From assembly GCF_006345805.1 (NCBI RefSeq), contig NC_043017.1, positions 25,234,001-25,298,000 on the forward strand: a stretch of 64,000 nucleotides of DNA, in the 5' to 3' direction. This document shows positions 53,556 through 64,000 of the stretch, in pieces; within the stretch, counting starts at the first letter, position 1, and every line of letters begins with the position of its first letter. Made by a program: the position numbers and the translations under genes. The DNA is from Octopus sinensis. Its lineage: Eukaryota. The notes beneath the pieces are model-generated. The model was not told the origin of the DNA and searched no databases. It saw only the letters and a list, made by a program, of their open reading frames with translations.

Positions 53556-53668
53556 ATGTATGTGAATCTGTGTTTGTCCTTGACAACTGGTGTTGGTGTG
53601 TTTATGACCCTATGTCTTAGCAGTTTTACAAAAGAGACCAATAGAATAAATACCAGTTTAAATAAAAA

Positions 53669-54060
53669 ATGATGAAGATGATAGTGATAATGATAGTAAT
53701 GATGATGATGATAATGGTGATGATGATGATAGTGATGATGATAGCAGTGGTGGTGGTGGTGTTGGTGATGATGATGATAGTAATTATGGTGATGATGATA
53801 GCGATAATGATAGTGATGATTATGATGATGATGTTGATGGTGATAGTGATGATGATGATGTTGATGGTGATGATGATGGTGATGATGATAGCAATGATGA
53901 CGATGATAGCGATGTTGACGATGATGATGATAGTGAAGCTGATGAAGACGGCGATGAATGATGATAATGACTATAATGATGAAAATAGTGGTGATGATAA
54001 TGGCGATGATGATAACGGTAATGATCTTGATAACGATGATGACGACGACGACGATGATGG
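53669..54060. repeat. (GAT)n-rich trinucleotide tract
   Basis: Directly visible. Confidence 0.95.
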
Positions 54061-55129
54061 TTAACGGTGATAACATTTCCTAACAAAGTCAAGCTATCTG
54101 TTTGCCCTCTTCTTTTGCGTTTGTTGCTATTTTTTGCTTTTTGCTTTTCCCCGAATATCAAAAAGAATGGATCAATAAGAACAGTGGAATTCTTCAGATG
54201 GAATGGAATTGGTTCGGAATGGTATGGATGAAGCTATTTTGTATAATGCAGCAGCAACTCGGAACTAAAAAAGAAACCAACAAAAAAGTCAAAACAAACA
54301 AACAAAGCCAAAACAAACAAAAAAAAGCCAAAATAAATAAAATAAAAAAAAGGTGATATTGCAAAAATATAAAATAAAATATATAAAAAAAATGAGACAA
54401 AACAAAACAAGAAAAACCGAAGCTAAATCAAAACGAACATTTGTTGGGGAATTAAGTAACCTAACGGTATTTTTCTTTGTAAATCTCTTTTGTTTGTTCT
54501 TTGTTTTTTCTTTCTCCGTTTCTTTTTCCTTTCTTTCTTTTCTTTCTTTTTTTTCCTTTCTTTCTTTCTCTCTTGTTCTCTCTTTCATTCTTTCTTTGCC
54601 CTCTTTTCTTTCTTTTTCTCTTTCATTCTTGTTCTCTTTCATTCTTTCTTTCCTTCTTTTTCTCTCTCATTCTTGTTCTTTCATTCTTTCTTTCTCTCTA
54701 TCATTTTTTCTTTCCTTCTTTCATTCTTTCTCACTCTCTTTCTTTCTTTCCTTCTTTCTTTCTTTCTTTGTCTTTCTCTCTTTCTCGCTCTTTCTCTCAT
54801 TCTTTCCCCCTCTCTCTCTCCTCTTTCATTCCTACTTTGTTGTTTTTTGTTTCCCTTTCTTCTTCTTCTTCTTCTTCTTCTTCTTCTTCCTCCCTCCTCC
54901 AAAGCCAGGTTGTTGGATCAGATCTTCCATATAAATAACTCCTTACCGCTGCTGCTGCTGCTGCTGCTGCTGCTGCATCAGATAGATAAGCGTTATATAA
55001 AAAAAAGATGGGATTGTGGGTAGGAAGGGATGGGCCAGGACAGGTCGGAAGAGTAGAGGACAAAACAGGTCAGGAGTGGACAGAAGACTGGACTAGCGTG
55101 GACAGGAACTGGGGAGGGGTGGGTGGAGT

Positions 55130-56030
55130 GGAGTGGAGTGGGGGTGGTACGGGGGATGGTGGTGGTGGTGGCGGAGGTGTCATTGTGGAGTTGACAAGCT
55201 GCTTCTTTCCAGATCTAATCTCATTTCAGAAGTCCGGGGTTTTGGTGGTGTTGTTGCTGGTAGTAGTGGTGTGGATGGTGGTGGTCATCATCATAGTGAT
55301 TGCGGAGGTGGTGGTGGGAGTGATGAAGGAAGGGTAGGAGAAGGAGCCTGTTGCTGGCGGTGGAGGTGGGGGTGCAATAAGGATGATGGTGGTTATGGAG
55401 ATGGTGTGAGCGAAGGTGAGGAGGATGAATTTGTTGCGGTGGTAGTGGTGGTGGTGGTGGAGGAGGAAGAAGAGGAGTGTCAGTGAAGGACAATGATGAA
55501 TAGTGGTGGTGGTGGTGGTGGAGGAAAATGATGGTGGCAGAGAGGTGTCTGTGGGAACGACGATGATGGTGGTGGTGGAGGAGGAGGAGTGTTAGTGGAG
55601 GACAGTGGTGATGGTGGTGGTGGTGGTGGTGGTGGATGAGGTGTCAGCGGAGATGACAGTGGAGGTGTCAGTGGGAAAAATGATTGTGGTGGTGGTGGCG
55701 ATGGTGAGGATGATGATGATGATGATGATGATGGCGGCGGCAGTGGTAGCAATGGTGAGGACGATGGTGATGGTGGTGGGGACAGTGGTGGTGGTGGGGA
55801 CAGTGGTGGTGGTGGGGACAGTGGTGGTGGTGGTGGGGACAGTGGTGGTGGTGGGGACAGTGGTGGTGGTGGGGACAGTGGTGGTGGTGGGGACAGTGGT
55901 GGTGGTGGGGACAGTGGTGGTGGTGGGGACAGTGGTGGTGATTGTGAAGATGATGATGTTGCAAGCGGTGAAAGCGAGGAAGAAGTATCTACTAGTGTCG
56001 GTGGTGATGATGATGATGATGATGATGATC
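55130..56030. repeat. (GGT)n/(GAT)n-rich tract with an 18-bp repeat ACAGTGGTGGTGGTGGGG (about 8 copies near 55780-55935)
   Basis: Directly visible; source of the poly-V and PTTTTV ORFs in the track. Confidence 0.9.
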
Positions 56031-56295
56031 AATCATTGTAATGAGGGCTCTAGTGCTAGTGATTCTGGTGGTTGCAATAGTGTTAGGGACGATGATGATA
56101 ATGGTTGTTGTTGTTGCTGCTGTTCACCTCTAACCCTTTACCAAGGTTTCTCTGTCAAAAGCAATTCTTATTTATTCACATTGTTTTCAAATAATCGTAC
56201 ATTATCTCATAGCTTCATGATTTCAATGAGCTGATTGTTCATTTTTAGAATGACATTGCAGGGTAGGTGTGAGAGGCTGGATCTGGTTGCTTTAA

Positions 56296-56515
56296 CCCTT
56301 TAGTGTTCAGATTACTCTGTTAAATGTAATACTTTTTCACTCAAATTGTTTTGAATTAATCAGGCATTCTCTTAAAGCTTTGGGGTTTCAATGATGTGAT
56401 TGTTTATTTTTAGAATGTCAATGTAGGTTAGGTGTGAGAGGCTGGATATGGCCAGTTTGAATATAAAACATGTAGAATATTTGGGCCAGATATGGCCGGT
56501 TTAGACACTGAAGGG
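56296..56515. mobile_element. Complete piggyBac-like MITE (220 bp)
   Basis: TTAA|CCCTTTAGTGT ... ACACTGAAGGG|TTTA. Sits within a degenerate copy of the same family starting near 56124. Confidence 0.75.
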
Positions 56516-56795
56516 TTTACCCTTTTGATACCACCCGCCTGAGACCGCCTAGGCTCCGTGACATAAATTTACTGTTTTAAAGTGGTCTAAGTAATCCTTT
56601 CTACTGGAAACACAAGCCCTAAAATTTGGGAGAAGGGATTAACTCGATTACATTGACCCCTAGTGTGTAACTGGTACTTATTTAATCGATCTTGAAAGGA
56701 TGAAAGGCAAAGTCAACCTCGGCAGAATTTGAACGCTGAACATAGCAGCAGATGAAGTACCGCTTAGCATTTCACCTGGTGTGCTAACTATTCTT

Positions 56796-57046
56796 GTGAA
56801 AGGTAAGAGAGTCCAGTTTGCTGGACATTGTTGTAGAGCTGAAAAAGAGGCAATTTCTACTCTTCTCCTCTGGAAGCCATCTACTCGCAATACCAGAGGG
56901 CGCACACTCTCCTACCCTGATGTAATCTCCAGGGATGCAGGCATCCAGCAACAGGACCTCCGTAATGCCATGATGGACCGTGAAGTCTGGCGTAGCATGG
57001 TAAATTCCATTGTCTTGACCACGATCGAACAATGATGATGATGATG
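56796..57046 (+). mobile_element. 5'-truncated RTE/RTEX-like LINE insertion with a 10-bp TSD
   Basis: KGKRVQFAGHCCRAEKEAISTLLLWKPS...DLRNAMMDREVWRSMV plus a (TGA)n tail. TSD AACTATTCTT at 56786-56795 and 57047-57056. Confidence 0.85.
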
Positions 57047-58631
57047 AACTATTCTTCTTTTCTACTCTAGACACAAAGCCCAAAATTTTTGGGGAGTGGA
57101 GGGGTGCCAGACGATTTGGGAGAAGGGATCAACTCGATTACATTGACCCCAGTATGCAACTGGTACTTAAATTATCGACCCCGAGAAGACGAAAGGCGAA
57201 GTCGATCTTGGCGGAGTTTGAACTCAGAATGCAACGACATTATAAAACCATGTAGCATGTGATTGAGAACTGAATTTCTTAGCCACATGATCAAACGTAA
57301 ATATGTTGTTAGTTTAGGAAGCTTTTCTCCATTTCTTATTTTGGTGGCACAGGTGGGTTGCTTCAGGTCTCTTGAAGGGGGAAAGTGAGCTAGTATTTCG
57401 GTGTTCATTTTAATATTTATGTGACATTTTCTACTTCAGCATTTTCGGTTAACGGGTGGGGGTGGGCGATGTTGGGTTGGTGTGGTGGTGGTGGTGGTGG
57501 CGGTGGGAGGGGCAGCTTTAGTAAAAATATATAAAAAAAAAATAAAATGGAAGAAAATAAACAATAATTAATAAAATACATAATTAAACAAAAATCTGAA
57601 TATTCCAAACCAAAAATTATCATTCTTTTCATTTTCAAAAAAAAAAAAAAAAAAAAAAAAAAACTTAAAGTTAGAAACGAAGGATTTTTACAGCAAAACA
57701 AGACTGTTTTAAAGTTTCGGAATTGAATATGCTTAAATTGAAAAACTGAGAAAATAAAAGATAATAATAATAATAATAATAATAATGATAATAATAATAA
57801 TAATGATAATAATAATGTTTTACTTTGTATAATTAAAAAAAAAAATATTTGTTATTGATTTTTGTTATTTGTGTTACATTGCATTATATTTGCGCTTGTG
57901 TGTATGTGTGCATTTTAAAATTTGAATATTTTGTATTATTTGTCTAAACTAAAGCAGATATCACAAAGAACTAACTCTTGCAATGAAATCTCGTCATAGT
58001 GAATGACATTTCTCTACAGAATATGGCAGATATTCTTTCTGGATTGTGTTTTGTTTTCGTTTATTATCCACCATGTCGATTATTATTATTATTATTATTA
58101 TGGCGGTTTATGCTTATTTGGGATTATCATGTGAGGAAGAAAAAGAAAGAGGTTAATTTATTGTGATTCACCATCGTCTTACAAGAATAGGTGTGTGTGT
58201 GCTGGTGTCTTAAAACATACATACACACACACACATATATATATTATATATATATTATATATATATATATGTATATATGTACAAACAACTTTCACAGACT
58301 CATATATAAACATACATACACAACACACACATATATGGATATATATTGTTATGTGTTGTGTGTATGGGGGGTATGTATGCTTATATAGGTATGTATGTGT
58401 ACGCATATACACGGATATGTACGTAGATAAATAATCCTTCTCGTTGCCAATTTTGGATTTGTTTTTTTACGTGCGCACTTATAGCCATATTTAGGAATAT
58501 TTGTATGTGTATAGATATGTGTATATGTGTGTGTGTGTGTGTTTGCATATCATCATCATTGTAGTTACATGGGTTTTTCTACGATCACATGAGTCGAATA
58601 GGTCTTATCTTTCCATGTGTTCTGGATTGTC

Positions 58632-59059
58632 GTCATCTGTCTCACAAAGTTCATCTTCATGAGATCAATCTTCGCCCCCATTTCCCATGTGTTCCTCTTC
58701 TGCAGGTTTCTTCATTTCGGGTCACATGATATTGCTGTACCCTGCTATTATCTTCCATACGCATCATGGAGTTTTGTCTTCTCCCTACTACATCACCTTC
58801 CTTGTATACTCTTTACTCTTTTACTTATTTCAGTCATTTGACTGTGGCCATGCTGGAGCACCACCTTTTAGTCGAGCAAATCACCCCCATGACTTATTCT
58901 TTGTAAGACTAGTTGCTTATTCTATCGGTCTCTCTTTTGCTGAACCGCTAAGTTACGGGACATAAACACACCACCATCATCAGTTTCAAGCGATGTTGGG
59001 GAGACAAACACAGACACACAAACATATACACACACATACATACATACATACTTACATAT

Positions 59060-59105
<46 letters not shown>

Positions 59106-60984
59106 TACGACGGGCTTCTTTCAGTTTCCGTCTACCAGATCCACTCACAAGGCTTTAGTCTCCCGAGGCTATCATAGAAGACACTTGCCCAAGGTGCCAC
59201 ACAGTGGAACTGAACCTGGAACCATGTCGTTCGTAAGCAAGCTACTTACCACACAGCCACTCCTACCTAATCTTTTTCTCTCAGTTCTTTTCTCTTTCCA
59301 AATTCCTACACATTAACATGTTGACTGCCACATGTGGTTCATCGCAAAATTCACACAAATGCCATATGCCTCACCAGTGGCACATTCCCATAATTTGAGA
59401 AAATATTTTCTTCTGTATCTTTGACATGGTTTCAAGAATATTTAAATAACATGAGTGCTAAGTTTTTAAGTTTAATTATGAAATATTGTAAAAATGCAAA
59501 AAAAAAAAAAAGCTATATCATGTCGTAATTAAATATCTGACCAGAAATATGTGGTCAATATTACACATCCAGCTGAGTCTGTTTGTATCATTTTGTTTAA
59601 TTCTTTACCATGTCTTCTGCAGTCAGTACCCATAATTTAACTCATATGCAATGTTGTACTTCATGGACAATCTTTCCTTTACATGGAAAGGATGAAATCC
59701 CTTTGTTGTCTGCAGAAGTAGGGATCTCTTTAAACTTTGCCACCTGTCCTTACTTGGCTACTCCCTCAGGTTTGAGAGCATGTCAAGCCATCTAACCCAT
59801 GCCTGCATGAAAAACAGATGTCAGACTCAGCTGGATGTGTAATATTAACCTGCTTACCACATATTTCTGGTCAGATATTTAATTACAACATAATATAATT
59901 TTTTTTTTTTGGCATTTCATAATTAATTTCATAATTAAACTTTAAAACTTAGTATTCATGTTATTTAAATATTCTTGAAACCATGTCAAAGATACAGAAG
60001 AAAATATTTTCTCAAATTATGGGAATGTGCCACTGGTGAGGCATATGGCATTTGTATGGAGTTTGCAATGAACCACCAGTGGTACATGTGGCAGTCAATA
60101 TGTTAATGTGTAGGAATTTGGAAAGAGAAAAGAACTGAGAGAAAAAGATTGGGTAGGAGTGGCTGTGTGGTAAGTAGCTTGCTTACAAATGACATGGTTC
60201 CAGGTTCAGTCCCACTGTGTTGCACCTTGGGCAAGTGTCTTCTACTATAGCCTCGGGTCGACCAAAGCCTTATGAATGGATTTGGTAGACGGAAACTGAA
60301 AGAAGCCCATCGTATATATGTATATATATGGCATTTAAATGGATTGTATCTAGTCCAAATAGTCTACTTGTTTTATGTTCAAACTGACCAGATCCAGTAT
60401 TGAGTTGGGTGGCTGGGTGCCATTTGATGAGAGGTGAAAAGAATGATGGGGGAACAGAGATAAGCATCTTGCTGTAGAAGAGATACAAGGATACTCCAGT
60501 TGGAAAAGAAGGGAGAGAAAGAGAGACTTAGAGAGAGAGAGAGAGACAGCGAGAGAGATTTGGTAGTGGATATATATGTCAGGAATTGTATGATCCTTGT
60601 CCTCTAATGGTTTCTCGACATCTTTGTGAATGATGTTTTTTGGTCAGAAGGGATTTGATTTGAATTATCAAACAGAAAACTAAGAGAAAAATTTCGTACC
60701 TTACGCCTCTCCGGGTCAACCTGCCCGGGTCTGTCCTGTTCAGAATTTTATGTAAACTTGTCATCTGTCTCACAAAGTTCAGCTTCATGAGATCAATCTT
60801 CGCCCCCATTTCCCATGTGTTCCTCTTCTGCAGGTTTCTTCATTTCGGGTCACATGATATTGCTGTACCCTGCTATTATCTTCCATACTCATCATGGAGT
60901 TTTGTCTTCTCCCTACTACATCACCTTCCTTGTATACTCTTTACTCTTTTACTTGTTACAGTCATTTGACTGTGGCCATACTGG
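58632..60984. repeat. Direct duplication (225 bp) enclosing an inverted duplication (about 500 bp arms)
   Basis: 58632-58856 matches 60760-60984 with about 5 mismatches. 59091-59581 is the inverse of 59822-60329, with a 240-bp spacer. Confidence 0.9.
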
Positions 60985-61789
60985 TTATTTTACTCCAGTC
61001 TTCATTATTATAAAAATTAATTGTAACAAAGGCAGTGTCATCATCATCATTATTCTTGTCATCATCGTCATCATCATTGTCATCATCATCATCACTGTTG
61101 TCATTGCCATCATCATCGTCATTGTCATCACTATTTAACGTCGATTTTCCATGCTGGCATGTGTTGCACAGTTCGCCAGGAGCTGGCAAGTCCAAAGAGC
61201 TCCCACAAGGTACATTTGTCTCTGTTTTGGCAGTGTTTCTACAGCTGGATGCCCTTCCTAATGCTGACCCTTTCACAGCTTGTACTGGATGCTTTTTAGT
61301 CGCTTGCTAGACAAAGGCCTCTCAAAGTGAGAGAGGGAGTTGAACGGAGGGAAGAGGCTGTGAGCCTGGTGATGAGAGGATGGAGTATAACAGAAAGACA
61401 GAAATATAAAAAATATGGTAATGGAAGGGTTAACGATTATATCCATGTGGTTTGCCCCTGGACTGGCAGAATCGTTAGAGTGTTGGAAAAAAATGGTGAG
61501 CTGGCAGAATTGTTAGCATACAGAGCAAATGGCTTGATGGCAATTCATCCATCTTTGTGTTCTGAGTTAAAACTCTGCCAAGATTGACTTTGCATTTCAT
61601 CTTTTTGGGGGTCAATAGAATAAGTACATCTTGAGCACTGGGGTCAGTGTAATTGACTTACCCTTTCCCTTCAAATTGTTGGCTCTGTGCCAATGTTTGA
61701 GACCATTATCATTATTATTATTTTATTATTATTATAATTATTATTATTATTATATTATTATTATTTAAGACATCACACAGTATCCAATA

Positions 61790-62228
61790 TCATGATGTGA
61801 CCCGTTGTGCTTGAGGCATAGAGTGACCCATTGTGCTTGGGGAGACCTATTGAGTCAAGTACACCAACATCAAAGTAAAAATCAAATGGAAATTGTAGTT
61901 ATGATACCTGTGTCAGTGGCACGTAAAAAGCACCATCTGAATGTGGCTGATGCCAGCGCCGCCTGACTGGCATCCGTGTCGGTGACACGTAAAAAGCACC
62001 AACCAATCGTGGCTGTTTGCTAGCCTTCTCTGGCTCCTGTGCCGGTGGCATGTAAAAAACATCCACTACACTCACGGAGTGGTTGGCGTTAGGAAGTGCA
62101 TCCAGCTGTAGAAATACTGCCAGATCAGACTGGAGCCTGGCGCAGCCTCCTGGCTTTCCAGACTCCGGTCGAACCATCCAATCCATGCCAGCATGGAAAA
62201 CGGACGTTAAACGATGATGATGATGATG
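61790..62228 (+). mobile_element. RTE LINE 3'UTR
   Basis: Family match with VNTR units and (GAT)n tail. Confidence 0.8.
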
Positions 62229-64000
62229 GTTGAAGATATTGTGTCTACTAGGGGTTTGTACTGTCTGTCAAGTCACAACAAAGGACCTCAGGCAGCAAGC
62301 TAGCATAATCCATTAGCACACCAGAGAAAATGCTTAGTGGCATTTTTTTACGTCTTTACGTTGTGAGTTCAAATTCTGCTGAGGTTGATTTTTGCCTTTC
62401 TTCCTTTTGGTGTTGATGTAATCGACTTACTCTCTCCCTTGAAATTACAGGCCTTATTCCAAAATTTGAAATCATCATCATCATCATCATCATCATTTTT
62501 GTTTGCCTATTTATTTATTTAGAGCCAAGAGGACATTTGGTCTTTTGTTTTGTTTGATATTTTGTAATTCAATTAAATATGAAAATTTTTCCCAAAATAT
62601 ACAATTCTGATTTTGCAGGAAACGAAACAGAGACACGCACACACGCTCACACACACACACATGCACATTTATACATGTTTGTATACAGAAGCTCACACAC
62701 ACACACTCACACATACAAGCACTTACACACACACATGCTCATACTCACATACTGCTACCACAAATGCACACTTGCACGCAAACTTAACGCCTTTTTGGAG
62801 ACTTGCAGGTTTTGTTAGTTTTTAACAATTAAATTACTTGCGTTACTCAAATCTCTCTACCATTTTAGATTGTAATTCATTCAAACTGGCCTTCCTTCCT
62901 TCCTTCCTGCTTGTCTTCCATCTCCTTCCTTTTGCACAAATCGCAAAAATAAAAAAAAAGAAAAAAGAAAAAAGACAAATGCAAGAACAAAAATCAAAAA
63001 CAAAAACTAGCCCATCGAAAAAACACGAAAACAACAAAATCACAATAACAAAACAATAAGAACCATCCCTTGTGCACCGTGGCCCTACAGATAAAATATA
63101 TAAATATACAATAAATTTGAAATACAATGGAAGAATGAAATTAAATATTATTAAAAAAAAAAAAAAAACCCCCGAAAAGTTTTAAGAATAAAATGGTTAA
63201 ATTCTATGTTAAGACAACAATAATGAGCGAAATAAAAGACAAATGAAACCCCTAAAAATCAAGGAAAAGTTCATTTTTTAAATATATTATGTATGTATTT
63301 GTATGTTTGTAATACATGTATATGGTTGTTTGTTGTTTTGTTGGTTTTTTTTTTGTGTGTGTTTTCTTTTAGATTTCTTCTCATTTCGGTAGGGGCTATT
63401 TTCTTCCTTCCATCTAATTGCTATCTGAATTTCATGAATTTTGAACAAGACTTTTGCAAGTTTTTTGTTAACAAAAACAAAAAAAACAATAAAAAACCAA
63501 AAAAAAAAAAATATAGTCTTGAGATGTTTTCAAGTGATTAATGAATTTTTCTCAATATGAAAGACAACAGCCGATATCATACACACACACACACACGCAC
63601 AGAGAGAGAAAAAAATAAGCCAAACAAAAATAATAAAAACATGAAGAATTTAAAAAACTAAAAAAATTTTTTTTTTGAAATTATGAAAAATAAACTAAAA
63701 AAAAAAGCGGTAATAAAAATAAAAACAAATAAACCTGTTCATGTTTGAATTTATTTCTTAAAGGATTTATGGCAAGTTAAAGTAATTCTAGAAAATGTGT
63801 GCATGTATATATGTTTGTGTGTGTGTGTGTGTATATGTAGTTGTCTGTGAGTACGTGTATGCGTATTCTTGTGTGTGTGTGTGTGTGTGTGAGTATTTAA
63901 TACATCGTACGATTCCTACAATGGTGCGAAAGCTATAAATTTTAAATTTAAACGCTAATATTTTCCATTTTGGAAAACGACCTCTGCCATTTATTGGGAA

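Noticed and set aside
43997-56234. Many 100-220 aa ORFs rich in H/T/Y/I, C/V, S/L, F or V
   Set aside because: Translations of CA, TA, CT, GAT and GGT simple repeats.
52550-57046. Idea that two LINE fragments are one element split by a 3.9-kb insertion
   Set aside because: The 3' fragment has its own 10-bp TSD and sits in a different host repeat, so it inserted independently.

Overview
Repeat-dominated eukaryotic DNA, most likely from a coleoid cephalopod (Octopus-like). That call is my recognition of the SINE, RTE and MITE families, not a database result. Only one protein-coding exon is confidently recognisable: a 180-nt phase 0/0 exon at 12923-13102 (+) encoding kinase subdomains I-IV of a TAK1/MAP3K7-like kinase. 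I could not find the next TAK1 exon (VCLVMEY...) in the 51 kb downstream. The rest is dispersed or simple repeat: three SINE-like families, RTE LINE 3' ends with a VNTR-bearing 3'UTR and (GAT)n tail, a second RTE-like LINE, Tc1/mariner remnants, TTAA-flanked piggyBac-like MITEs, Merlin-like elements, a Helitron-like element, Penelope-like fragments, and micro/minisatellites that dominate after about 30 kb. Almost all ORFs in the supplied track are repeat artefacts. There are no CRISPR arrays, rRNA genes or true tRNA genes. The main unexplained structure is a set of local inverted copies: an 83-bp near-perfect inverted repeat bracketing the kinase exon, a 75-bp fold-back hairpin, a 13-kb-spaced inverted composite copy, and a direct/inverted duplication complex at 58.6-61.0 kb. 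All could form dsRNA in a + strand pre-mRNA. TE boundaries are approximate unless target-site duplications (TSDs) are quoted.
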